Shown: one piece after another, positions 69,684 to 82,785 of the stretch
How positions within the stretch are numbered: the first letter of the stretch is position 1
Layout of the letters: each line of letters starts with the position of its first letter
From: Octopus vulgaris
Lineage: Eukaryota
NCBI GenBank assembly: GCA_951406725.2
Contig: OX597819.1
Coordinates: forward strand, 25,068,001 to 25,192,000
DNA: 124,000 nucleotides
Direction: 5' to 3'
Translations under genes and position numbers: made by a program
The notes under the pieces: generated by a model
What the model saw: the letters and a program-made list of their open reading frames with translations, nothing else
Databases searched by the model: none
What the model was told of the DNA's origin: nothing

Positions 69684-70249
69684 GTGTGAGAGAGCAGTTC
69701 ATGCCATCAAAGTGACTCTGGGGTAAAATATACGAAGCCCAATATACCCATCATGACTACCCGTCTGATAAGGGTACACCAGGCACATGCATCACAACCA
69801 TATGTGCGCGACATGGTTATCTCATATCAAGGTAAACAGTGCATGACCTTGCAGGTGGGGCCCAGTTAGAATTTTCTTCTGGTTGAGTAGCCCATCCCGC
69901 TCAAAAGGTCCCTGAATAAGGGTTGTTTAAGGATGTTGAAAGAACCACCCATGTTTCCAGAGGTGAATTATTCAAACCCTAAAGAATCCCTCTCAACACA
70001 TGGCTATGATGCTCCCCCACTACTTCTGCTTGTGATCAGAGATGCACATAACGTCAGCCACTGGTTAAGGTCAAATATCGTCAGCAACTGGTTACGGTCA
70101 AACAACTGACAAGCAAATCTGTGGTATTGAGCAGAATATTTGCTGTAGCCCATCTTTTATACCAAGACAAAACAATGTACATGATGACACTTCCAATCAG
70201 TTAAGATCAGAAGCCATGAGAGCCACTGCCTGGTACTGCATCAGGGCAT
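69684..70249 (-). mobile_element. Family F, full length
   Basis: Reverse complement of the 7772 copy inside a long (TTA/TTG)n array in intron 2. Confidence 0.75.
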
Positions 70250-71003
70250 TATTATTATTATTATTATCATCATTATTATTGTTATTATTATTATTGTTAT
70301 TACATTAGTCTTTCTTGATATTTTTCAGTTAATGTCCATTTTTGCTGTTATGCATTTCTTGTTTATAGGTCTTGTGATACATAAGCTGTAGATATATTTT
70401 ATATATTTTACTGATCTGATATTAATTCTGTCATAAACCACCCTTAGCTCAAAAGACAGCACTTAACCCTCATTTTCATTTAGTTTGCTCGTTTCTCTGT
70501 TTTACATTTGTTTTTCAGTGTTAGTACAGGTTGGGTGAGGACTTATTATTGAGGCATTATTTTACAGCTGGATGCACTTCCTATCATTAACCCTTACTTG
70601 TTTTACTCAAGTTAAGAATTTGGAGGCATGTGGTTTAGTGTTTTGGGTGTTGAACACATGATCACAAGAATTTGGTTTCGAAAATATCAATATGTAATAA
70701 TTTCAGTTGACTATGGAACAGGTGTAATTGAATTACCTGCTAGATATTGCTGGTACTTAATTTAATGAATAAGCAGCATGAGAAATTGTGATGACTATGT
70801 TGAAATTTTGAACTTAAAACCCCACTTCTTGGACTGATAAAATAAAGCACCAATCTGGGTTGATATGGTTGACCATAACTTCTTATAAACATATGACCAG
70901 ATATCATTGTTGGAAATCAATTGTTATAATTATTATCATATAATGTTTAATTAAGCATTTGTAGTATAAATTGATTTTTTTTCTTTTTCTTTTTTTTTGA
71001 TAG

Positions 71004-71112
71004 AAATGGAATATTTCGGTTATCTTTGGCAAATCTCACACTCACCGAATATGCTGAATGGATGCCTTCAGAAGCAACATTGGACACATGTATTCAGAAA
71101 GGACTTCCAAAA
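71004..71112 (+). CDS. Sema5: Semaphorin-5-like exon 3
   Basis: gatag| NGIFRLSLANLTLTEYAEWMPSEATLDTCIQKGLPK |gtaata; phase 2 to 0. Confidence 0.92.
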
Positions 71113-71449
71113 GTAATAACACCTGTATATATATATAGACATATAAATATTGATACAAACTTGTGTTCACATATACATTCTTAACATTCTACACACATAC
71201 ACTTTCACAGATGTTGTACATATAGAATGACAGACAATATACACCCTACACTGTTGAATACACACTTGTGTTCTCAACATACATTCACATGTTAAATCAC
71301 ATACAAACACATATGTCAACCCACCTACAATTATACACTAAAGCATGCATGCATGCACACATACATACACACACATGCATACACACACAAACATACACAC
71401 ACATGCACACACTCTTAATGTTTATTTTCTCTATTTTTATTCTACCTAG

Positions 71450-71548
71450 GATGAGTGCCATAACTTTGTACGTGTTTTGATAATCCAACATGAACAAGTG
71501 CTGACATGTGGAACCAATGCTTATAGTCCTATGTGCTGTTGGCGAAAT
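71450..71548 (+). CDS. Sema5: Semaphorin-5-like exon 4
   Basis: cctag| DECHNFVRVLIIQHEQVLTCGTNAYSPMCCWRN |gtaagt; CHNFVRVL and CGTNAxxPxC Sema motifs. Confidence 0.96.
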
Positions 71549-71647
71549 GTAAGTCCTCTATTACTGGATTCTTCTGTCTTTATATAAACTGACCATTGTT
71601 AGTGGTCAGCCTGATTTCCTCCCCACCCCACTCTCACTTGAAATATA

Positions 71648-72160
71648 TCTTTATATATAAAAGTGAAGTTGTGTGAGTGTCTGTCCCCTTCGATTTAGAT
71701 TCCTAACTACTCCCACATTTTGCGGTGCAGTTTAACCAAATTCGGGTATCTTATAGTCGTGATTCATATCGAGCCCTTCTGGGTATTAGCGCACATCTAT
71801 GATGAGTCTACGATTTTAAAAATAATTTAACATAATTTTTTATTCCATTTTAATGCATAATTTTTCGTGTGTCGATGGCGGCGGAGTTGGCGTCCATGGT
71901 CACACCTGCACCTGTTTGCTTCTCCCCCTTCTTCCCTCCCACATGAAGCTGTGGGGAAGGGAGTGTAAGGAAATCAACGTCGTAAAGCGTTGTCAAGGAG
72001 ACCAGCGTTCTTTTAGAACAACGACTTCATGGCTTGAAGACACCAAAACAGAAATGGCTAAGAAAGCCCGAATTGGCATCTATAAGGGAAGTAACTCTCT
72101 AAAAATGCTTATATAGTTATTTCCCTTACAAACCCAAGCAACGCCGGGCGATACTGCTAG
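71648..72160 (+). mobile_element. Helitron type 1 with ~210-nt internal extra segment; first unit of tandem dimer
   Basis: A|TC start, CTAG end at 72160 joined directly to the next copy. Confidence 0.87.
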
Positions 72161-72556
72161 TCTTTATATATAAAAGTGAAGTTGTGTGTCTGTCTCCTAC
72201 GATTTAGATTCCTAACTACTCCCACATTTTGCGGTGCAGTTTAACCAAAAGCGGGTCTCTTATAGTCGTGATTCATATCGAGCCCTTCTGGGTATTAGCG
72301 GGCGTCTACGATGAGTCTACGATTTAAAAAAAAATTTACCATCATTTTTTTCCATTTTAATGCATTTTTTCGCTATTATATAAGGGAAGTAACTCTCTAA
72401 AAATGTCTACGATGAGTCAGCGATTAAAAAAAATTTACCATAATTTTTTTCCCATTTTTAATGCATTTTTTTGCTATTTTTTTGCTATAACTCTCTAAAA
72501 ATGCTTATATAGTTATTTCCCTTACAAACCCGAGCAACACCAGGCGATACTGCTAG
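72161..72556 (+). mobile_element. Helitron type 1, second unit of tandem dimer
   Basis: Starts TCTTTATATATAAAA immediately after CTAG; ends CTAG|T. Confidence 0.87.
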
Positions 72557-72900
72557 TATAAATATATATCCATTTTGCCTAATCCTAATGTAGAGACACC
72601 TTGTCTTTGTGATAAAACCAAACTAATCTCCTTTTAGATAGTGCAGCAGCTGTAGCCACACCACTAGCTCATCATCATCATCGTCATCATCATCATCATC
72701 ATCCATATTATTTGTAATATCTTCTGTGTTAGCCTCCTTTCTGCCAGAGCTATTACTATTTTCACATCTACCAATTCTTGTCTCATTGATATCATGATCT
72801 TCACTCTCATTGTTATGACCAGCATTAGTAAGACTCCGGTTTTCCTCCTCTTCCTCCTCCTCCTCATCGTCATCATCATCATCATCATCATGGATACATA

Positions 72901-75303
72901 TAGGCGCAGGAGTGGCTGTGTGGTAAATAGCTTGCTTACCAACCTCATGGTTCCGGGTTCATTCGCACTGCGTGGCACCTTGAGTAAGTGTCTTCTACTA
73001 TAGCCTTGGGCCGACCAAAGCCTTGTGAGTGGATTTGGTAGACGGAAACTGAAAAGAAGCCCATCGTATATATGCATATATATGTGTATGTGTGTGTATG
73101 TTTGTGTGTCTGTGTTTGTCCTACCACCATTGCTTGACAACCGATGGTGGTATGTTTACGTCCCGTAACTTAGCGGTTCAGCAAAAGAGACTGATAGAAT
73201 AAGTACTGGGCTTACAAAAAAGAATAAGTCCTGGGGTCGATTTACTCGACTAGAAGGCGGTGCTCCAGCATAGGCGCAGTCAAATGACTGAAACAAGTAA
73301 AAGAGTAAAGAGTATAAGCCAGAGAAAGATCTGGTTTGTGCCTCAGCTTAATCTATAAAGCACCCAATTGCCACTCAGCTCATTTAATACTTTCTTTAAA
73401 ACAGAGACTATGTTTTTCAAGTTTTAAAACATTATCCTCATCATTTTACATCTACCTTTCATATTGGCATAGTTGGGTAGGTATGCTTCTGCCCAACATC
73501 TCACCACTTGTTATGGTTCTGTAGCATCTCTTTTGCGGAGGCACATAGCTTAGTGGTTAGGGTGTTGGTCTTGAGAGAAGATCATTTAACTTTTTACTTA
73601 TCATCCCTTTTGGTGTGATCCAGCATTCTGAGATCTGGCTTTTCCATTTACTCCAGCACATTATTTGTATTTGCTTTTCCTCTCCCATAGGCTCCTAACA
73701 CTTGCTTCATATAATATGTTTTCTTCTGCTAAATCATCATCAAAAGCAATAAAGGTTTATTTTTAAATGAAGTTTAGCCAAAATAGGCGCAGGAGTGGCT
73801 GTGTGGTAAGTAGCTTGCTAACCAACCACATGGTTCCGGGTTCAGTCCCACTGCATGGCATCTTGGGCAAGTGTCTTCTGCTATAGCCCCGGGCCGACCA
73901 GTGCCTTGTGAGTGGATTTGGTAGACGGAAACTGAAAGAAGCCTGTCGTATATATGTATATATATGTATGTGTGTGTATGTGTTTGTGTGTCTGTGTTTG
74001 TCCCCCTAGCATTGCTTGACAACCGATGCTGGTGTGTTTACGTCCCCGTAACTTAGTGGTTCGGCAAAAGAGACCGATAGAATAAGTACTGGGCTTACAA
74101 AGAATAAGTCCCGGGGTCGATTTGCTTGACTAAAAGGCGGTGCTCCAGCATGGCCGCAGTCAAATGACTGAAACAAGTAAAAGAGTAAAAGAGTAAAACC
74201 AGTATATCAAGTATTATATATCTACATATCATATCTGGAGTTGAAACTTAAGAGTCACTCTTAACTGATTTGTTACTTGTGTAAATCTAAGAGAAGCTGC
74301 TCAAAGACCAATAATATCAACCAGAGTAACATTGCTATTATTAGTTAACAGGGACCTTGACTTTTATGATCTACTCACTTGAAAAAGCTGTCAGCTCTTC
74401 CTACTTCATGTTCTACTGCAAGAATTTTTAACAGGTAGGCTGGCTGTTCAGGTTTTCTTGAACCCTTCTCAGTGGGCTTCGGCTCATATACTCTCTTTAC
74501 TCTTTTACTTGTTTCAGTCATTTGACTGCGGCCATGCTGGAGCACCGCCTTTAGTCGAGCAAATCGACCCCAGGACTTATTCTTTGTAAGCCCAGTACTT
74601 ATTCTATCGGTCTCTTTGCCGAACCGCTAAGTGACGGGGACGTAAACACACCAGCATCGGTTGTCAAGCAATGCTAAGAGGACAAACACAGACACACAAA
74701 CATACACACACACATACGCACATAAATATATATATACATATATACGACAGGCTTCTTTCAGTTTCCGTCTACCAAATCCACTCACAAGGCATTGGTCGGC
74801 CCGGGGCTATAGCAGAAGACACTTGCCCAAGATGCCACGCAGTGGGACTGAACCCGGAACCATGTGGTTGGTTAGCAAGCTACTTACCACACAGCCACTC
74901 CTGCGCCTATCTGGCAATTTTTTTTACATTTAGTGTATTTGTAAGCCATTGAAAAGTTGGTGGCTTTTATTTAGTCTTTTGTATCGAGATTTGTTTCACT
75001 TTGTGCTTACAGAAACATTGCCAATGATGGCAATGATTGCGGGTGGAGATACATGGTGATATATTTTTATATGTAAGATATACTCTTTTAACTTGCTTCA
75101 GTCATTTGACTGTGGCCATGCTGGAATACTGCCTTTAATTGAGCAAATCAACCCCAGGTCTTATTCTTTGTAAGCCTAGTGCATATTCTATCGGTTTCTT
75201 TTGCTGAACTGCTAAGTTACGGGGACATAAACACACCAGCATCAGTTGTCAAGCGATGTTGTGGGGGGGACAAACACAGACACACAAACATATATACACA
75301 CGC

Positions 75304-75359
<56 letters not shown>

Positions 75360-76107
75360 ATGCGTTTCTTTCAGTTTCCGTTTACTAAATCCATTCACAA
75401 GGATTTGGTCAGCCCGAGGCTATATTAGAAGACACTTGCCCAAGGTGCCATGCAGTGGGACTGAACCCGGAACCATGTGGTTCGTAAGCAAGCTACTTAC
75501 CACACAGCCACTCCTACGCAAATGCATATGGGTCATGTAAGGAAAAAGAAAGACAGAAAATCAAAAGCGGGCTTTTACAAAATGTAGTTACTGATCCTCC
75601 TTTAGAATATTAAAAAACGAGACATTTTGGAGCATATAACCCTAGATATACAAAAATAAATAAATGAAATAAATAGGCGCAGGAATGGCTGTGTGGTAAG
75701 TAGCTTGCTAACCAACCACATGGTTCCGGGTTCAGTCCCACTGCGTGGCATCTTGGGCATGTGTCTTCTACTATAGCCCCGGGCCAACCAATGCCTTGTG
75801 AGTGGATTTGGTAGACGGAAACTGAAAGAAGCCCGTCGTATATATATGTATATATATATATATGTATGTGTGTGTGTTTGTGTGTCTGTGTGTTTGTGTG
75901 TCTGTGTTTGTCCCCCTAGCATTGCTTGACAACCGATGCTGGTGTGTTTATGTCCCCGTTACTTAGCAGTTCGGCAAAAGAGATCGATTGAATAAGTACT
76001 GGGCTTACAAAAAGAATAAGTCCCGGGGTCGAGTTGCTCGATTAAAGGCGGTGCTCCAGCATGGCCGCAGTCAAATGACTGAGACAAGTAAAAGAGTAAA
76101 AGAGTAA
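72901..76107. mobile_element. Cluster of five SINE-A copies in intron 4: 72901-73313(+), 73784-74198(+), 74489-74909(-), 75081-75519(-), 75674-76107(+)
   Basis: Each copy has head, (TA)n(TG)n linker and tail. Confidence 0.85.
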
Positions 76108-76552
76108 TGGTTATGGTTGGAATGTCTTTCACCATATGTTTGTTCAATCAGAACAGACTTGGACTTGACAACAACAATTAACTTCATCACAACCAGCACT
76201 TATTCCATGCTGGCAAAGTCTGGAGGCTTCAATTCCTTTTATAAAGCTTGCCTGGAACAACAAGTATTTATTGGATCTATGAAAGATTTTAACACAAAGG
76301 AAACCAGGCTCTATTTTTAACAGTGTGCAAAGTTACCTTTGGTAGAAATGGTACAGTTTTAAATTTATTACTATAAAATGCTATAAGCCATCACTATACA
76401 TTTATGCCCCAGTAACTTGCTGTGATTCTGGTTTTGTTTTTTTTATATACTTCATTTTTTTTATATATACAACAAACAAAATGAGGACAAATATCTGCTA
76501 GATGTAAATAATGTAGATTATGTTCAACATTACTGATTAAATTTATTTGCAG

Positions 76553-76766
76553 GTAAATTCCATCAAACATGTTTCGCAAAGGATAAATGGGAAACAGAAG
76601 TGTCCCTATAGTCCCCGGCACAATTTTACTTCAATTATTAGTGAAGATGGGAACTTTTACACTGGTTCAGTGGTGGACATCCAGGCTCGAGATTATGCCA
76701 TATCTCGTGTTCTGGGTCCCTTGCCAATTCTCAGAACTCTCCGAAGTAATTCCAAATGGCTAAATG
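76553..76766 (+). CDS. Sema5: Semaphorin-5-like exon 5
   Basis: tgcag| VNSIKHVSQRINGKQKCPYSPRHNFTSIISEDGNFYTGSVVDIQARDYAISRVLGPLPILRTLRSNSKWLN |gtaag; CPYxP and LRT...WLN motifs. Confidence 0.96.
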
Positions 76767-79700
76767 GTAAGTAACTATGGTTGGTAATTCATTTTGTAGT
76801 TTTTAAAAGATCATATCAGTTATTATATATTGGTTTCAAAATTTGGCACAAGGCCAGCAAATTTGAGGAGGAGATAATTTGATAAAATTGACCCCAGTGT
76901 TCAACTGGTACTTATTTCATCAACCCTGATAATATGAAAAGCAAAGTTGACCCCAGTGGCATTTATGCCACTAAACACTTTTTCCAGTGGTAAAGCTTCT
77001 GCCAGATCGCCACCTTTCATTAACATCTATTTTATCTTTGCTGTCATGGGTCTAATCTCTGCTATCATGGGCCTAATATCTAATACAGCTCTCCTGTATC
77101 AGATATTAGCACCCAGCTTGAACTTTTGTTATCATATTTTTATAATTTCATTTGTCAGTTTTAATATCCTGAGATATGATTTCACCATTTCTTCCTCTGT
77201 ATTCTTTAGTTTTTCTCTGCTACTGTTATATTGCATACTACACAGTGGCTGTGTGAGCTATGAAATCCTTGTCGCCCCTGTTATATCGCACGTTCAAATG
77301 ACTTCTACTCAACCTCCAATGTCTAGACTTCTCCTTCTATATCTACCTACTGGGCTAGCCTACTTCATCGTCTGGATAGTAAAATTCACATTGACATTTT
77401 TTGTTTGCATTTTTAATAGTATGTATGTTAAAAGAAGTAAAATAGTACTTAATTTTTACTCTTGCACTCAGTATTGTGTGCAATAGGATTTGAGTTTGTT
77501 TTACATAATTAAGTGGTTTAATTACTGCAGATATTCAAATACTATGCCTCTGAATGTTTAATTTGTTTCAGAAAATATTTATTCTTTTAATAAAAAGTCT
77601 TTTGAACTATGTTAATATAGCTGTCCTTGTAATGTTCCTGCTTAAGTTATGCAGTCTTGTTGGAGGTAACATATTTTCAGCTGGCTAGACTAAAGAAAAC
77701 ATTTTGCTACTAAAACAAGTATTTAAAACTTCAGCTCAGTTGTGGCAGCTGTTTTAAACCATGTGTTTTTAATGCCCAGTTGCTATATCTTGATTCAGCT
77801 GGAAAAAGTTTAAACAGTTTACATGCTAATTATAAGTCGATCTTAACTACATAGTAGCTTCACTAATTTGTGAACTTTCAACATTTATAAATTGTAAGCC
77901 ATTTAACTATTCCAGTCATTTTTGTATGCTGTGTATAGTTGATATATCTCAACATTCAGTATGATTATCTATTTGATGGATATTGGTTTGTGATTCCTTT
78001 TGACATACAAAGAATAAAACAGATTTCTTCACAGAAGTTGATCACCTTCTAATACTATTTTCTCTGTTATAGCTCTAGTGTCTATAGTATTCAGCAGTAC
78101 TTAAATACAGTAAAACAGTTACTCAAGAAAGATCTGAACTTGATACTAGAAGCTATAAAAACAATGTGATCAGATCTATTCCAACACAAGTGTAAAACAG
78201 TTAAGCTTTCTTACTTTGAATCACTTAAAATTTTACATAAGGCTACAATCAATATATATATTTTTTATAGCCCTCAACCCCTCATAGAATCATAGAGGTG
78301 TAGTAATGACATATGGCACATTTTGGATAGTATTAGGTCTAGCAGAGCCTATACCTCTCCAGATGTAACCACAACTAATTTTTTCCAGAAAGTGAGGTAA
78401 ACAAAAAGAAAGAATGGGTGAAAGAGAAAAATTGATCTGGCACAGCACTGGAACTTCATTTATTGGTTCTGAAAGGCTAAAATGTAAAGATGACCATGGT
78501 AGTATTTGAACTCAGAGTATACAGAGAGAGAGAGCCAAAATGAATACTGCAAAGTAATCTATCTGACACTTTTACTACTCAGCCAATTTGCCAATACTAC
78601 TATGACTGAAAATTAACTTGAGATCTTCGGGCTTTGATGCATTATTCCTTCAATGACTTCAACTTCTCTAAATTCCAATTATTTCTCTTTAAGTGTGTTG
78701 TTGAAAATGTAGGTTAAGAATAGCCCAGATGATTTGATAGTGATATTGTATGGTATGCAACTGAAGCTTCATGGAAAGTTAAACCACCAAATATCTTCTC
78801 TTTCGAAGTTGAAACCTATCGTAACTTTAAACAACCATTGGTTTGGTTTAGTTTTTCTCTCTCTGCTGATGTCTGCATTTTACATAACATTGGCAGATTT
78901 TTTTTTCTTCCTATCTAATGTTGTCTGTTATACAACATAAACATTTTGTTTCTGAAACAAGAATTTAAAACTTCAGCTGTGTTGTGGCAGCTGTTTTAAA
79001 CCATGTGTGTTTGGTAAGAGATTCTAACTCTAAAGAAAACATATTATAAAGTATTGAGAAAAAATTATTCTTTCCTTTTTTTCCTTCCATTGATAGAGAT
79101 AGGGTGATAAAAGTGGGGAAAGATAGGTGTGTGTGTCTGTGAAAGGGGAGACTCTAAATATCTCAGTTTAAGGTATTTGGAATAGTGACACATCAACATT
79201 TTCTCTCAAAATTCCACTGTCTATAACATGGTTGCAATCAACATTCCTAAGCAAGATATTTCATCTGTAAAAAAGCAATAAGTATGTTATTAATTTGTTG
79301 AATTAATCAATTCCTTTATATGAAAGACCATTACTGCTTCATATCATGTCCAAATCCCCAGTCCCTGCACTCATAATTACACCCACTCATTCCTTCCCAG
79401 AACATTGGCCCTCTGGAATTTACTTCCTGCTCAAGTTTTTCTTACAAGTGTTGACTTAAAAGGTACAAAAGAAACATTAATGGTATCAATCATACTGGTC
79501 TAAGAGGGCCTCTGAAAGCCATGGTACAGCCCCTTCCTCCAGACCTTGCAAGTCAAAAGAAGAAAAAAAAAAACCTTGTGGAATTATCTTTTTAGAGAAT
79601 TCAGCTTTAGATTATGTTTGATTTCAAAATTTTGTAAGACAGCTTGACTTTCCATTCATCTGGGGCTGAGAAAATGACGTATCAGTCCAAGTACTGGAGT

Positions 79701-81431
79701 TAACTGATTAATCCCTTATCTCTAAATTTATAGAAATAGTTATTAAGAATATGAACAACTTTGAGTTTATAACATTGAGGCTATGGATCAAACTCTGAAA
79801 GAAATTTATTATACCTAATAATAGCACAGACACAGCTATGTAGTTAAGAAGTTCACTTCCCAACCACATGGTTTCAGGTTCAGTCCCATACTGTGACACC
79901 TTGGGGTAATGTCTGGAAGAAGGGTCTGCACTATGGCTTTTAGAGTTGACCAAAGCATTCTGTGTGGATTTGGTAGATGGAGATTGAGAAATGTCTACCT
80001 TATATATGAGTGAGTGTGTGTGTGCATATATGTATGTGTTTGTGTCTCCTTGTCTTAATATCATACAATTGATATAAACAAACATCACTGTTATGTAGAG
80101 TGTCCCTTGTTGCCACTCTTCAATGAGGACATGTCTTGCCATGAGAAAATATTGCCTTGTTTGGAGACAAGAAGGTGACAAAAAGGGCATCCATCCATCC
80201 ATAGAAAATCTGCATCAATCAATCTTGTCTGATTCATGCTTGCATGGAAAAGTAGACATTAAAATGATGATGACATTGTTGATGATAATGATAATGATGA
80301 TGATGATAAGATGGCTGGAGATTTGATATTGAAATATTTTGGCATCTGGAGTTAAAATACAGGAGGATTGATGGTAGAAGTGGTACTATGTCAAAGAACA
80401 AAACATTGTATTATTTGATTGAATTCACAAGGTGGCAAGCTAGCAGAGCTGGTAGCACACCAGACAAAATGCTTAGTGACATTTTGTCTGCCTTTATGTT
80501 CTGAGTTCAAATTCTGCCATGGTCAATTTTGCTTTTCATTCTTTCAGGGTCAATAAAATTAGCAATCAGCTAAGTACTGGGATCGATGTAATCAATTAGC
80601 ACCCCTACCTCCACCCACCACCCTCTGACAAAATTTCAGGCTTTGTACCTTTATGATTATTATTATGATTATTTGATTGTATTCATATATGGTCTGAGTT
80701 CCAATTCTGCCCAGATTTGCTTTACTTTTCATTCATCCAAGGTCAGTGTAGTTGACTATATCAGCTATATCATAAAATACAATTTCTCAGCAGCCATGAT
80801 CATGAATAAAAGAACTAGAGTATAAAAAAGCATAAAAAAGCAAAAATACAGATCCCAACCAACCAATAAGTTGTACTTGTCAGGGATTACAATAAGAAAT
80901 AATTGAAAATTCAGTTTAAATCAGCAGTTTTTTTTCTTTTTATTGTTATGAATTACAAAAGCAGCTTTATTTCAGTTTTGCATGTTGCATTATGAAAACA
81001 GAATGCCGCTGTTGGTCAATAAAAACATGTGACCTGCTATATTTAAGTACATTTGTGATATATATATCTTAATTTTTTTTTCCCCTGTTGATTAATACTT
81101 AATATTGTTTGCAGAATATTTATTTTCTCTGTAGTATGTATATTTTTGGTTTAAACAACAAAAGTCATATGATTGTGACCTCAAACAATACTTGTTACTG
81201 CAATTGATAAGAAACATTTCCCTTTTCATCAGTTTGTATAGCTGAAATATGTCATTCTTTATATTATGATACCCAAACAACAATATACAAATATTTAAAC
81301 TTAAATTAAAAAAAAAAAATATTCCAATGCATGTATGTTTAGAATACGATATATATATATATAGAACATAAGATAAAAATAATGAAAGGTTTGACTTCTA
81401 TATTCATGTAGTGTATATGTATATGTATATA

Positions 81432-81481
<50 letters not shown>

Positions 81482-81682
81482 TATATGTGTGTGTATGTAT
81501 ATCTATCTATATATATATGTGTGTGTGTATGTATATCTATCTATCTATATATATATATGTGTGTATGTATATCTATCTATCTATCTATATATATATATAT
81601 ATGTAATATATATATATATATATATGTATATCTATCTATCTATCTATATATATATATGTATATCTATCTATCTATCTATCTA

Positions 81683-81724
<42 letters not shown>

Positions 81725-81966
81725 TAAGATTAAAATAATAAGAGAAGCATTTGGAATTCTAAACTTATGTGGTGTATTCTTTGTTGTCAGCTGATATTCT
81801 TAGTAACCTGCAAGAGAGTATGCAAATAAAGCACATTATTTATGTGATATTATTGAAAGATGAAAATAAATAATGGTACAGCAAATGTAAATATTTGTTT
81901 CTCTTATTTAAAGAATTGCATAGCTTTGTTAGTTTTAATTATTTGTTTGGTTTCTTTCTGTTCCAG

Positions 81967-82055
81967 AACCCAATTTTGTATCATCATATGAAATAGAGAG
82001 CCACATATATTTCTTTTTCCGAGAAACTGCTGTTGAATATATTAACTGTGGCAAA
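81967..82055 (+). CDS. Sema5: Semaphorin-5-like exon 6
   Basis: ttccag| EPNFVSSYEIESHIYFFFRETAVEYINCGK |gtaag; EPNFV and YFFFRE motifs. Confidence 0.97.
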
Positions 82056-82181
82056 GTAAGTTCCTTCAATTTTCTAATATGACCGCCACTTCCAACTTAA
82101 AAAACAAGACATGAATTATTTTATCATTTTTGTATAAACATCTTTGTATAAGAAACATGCATGCGTGCACATGCGCACACA

Positions 82182-82219
<38 letters not shown>

Positions 82220-82521
82220 CATAACAAGTGGGGATGCATAGTTCACTTCATAGCCATATGGTTTAGAGTTCTGTTTCACTGTGTAGTACCTCGGGAAAGA
82301 GTCTTCTATTGTAGCCACTGGCTGACCAATGCCTTGTGGGTGGAATTGATAGATGGAAACTGTATGGAAATCTATCATGTATATGTGCATATTCCTGCAT
82401 GCAAATGAATATTTACATCTTACATGTAATCTTCCTACTTTAAACCTTGCCTTACTATTTGTATCTGTACCAAATGCATGATTTTTCGCATCAGCTAAAA
82501 AGAAAGAATTCTGGAATCTGA

Positions 82522-82785
82522 GATTCTTTTATTACACATTTCAGCCCTAAAGCTGTGGCCATGCTAGGACACTGCCAGTGTCATCACCTTTTCAAAGGCC
82601 ACTCTTACATGATTGGCTTTCGGTGAAGGAGGGAGTTTGACACTGCTGCCCTCTTTTGGGTCTACTGCCTTGATATTGGTTCATCTGGAACCTTGGATAG
82701 CAGGAGGTCAAGTTGTTTCTTGAAAACATCTACCTCCAACTCTATGATGATCCCTCAGATGTTTTGGCAAGGTGGTAAATGGCTG
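82522..82785 (-). pseudogene. CR1-like LINE 3' end whose tail resembles the SINE-A tail
   Basis: LPKHLRD...VDVFKKQLDLLLSKVPDEPISRQ...RAAVSNSLLH plus 3' UTR TGGCAGTGTCCTAGCATGGCCACAG..GCTGAAA. Confidence 0.65.

Noticed and set aside
71853-72116. 87-aa ORF across the Helitron-captured segment
   Set aside because: Start and stop lie in Helitron sequence; no motif or splice support.
76947-77486. 179-aa hydrophobic ORF in intron 5
   Set aside because: It begins in a SINE-B relic and overlaps a transposon fragment repeated at 100.4 kb; no recognisable domain.
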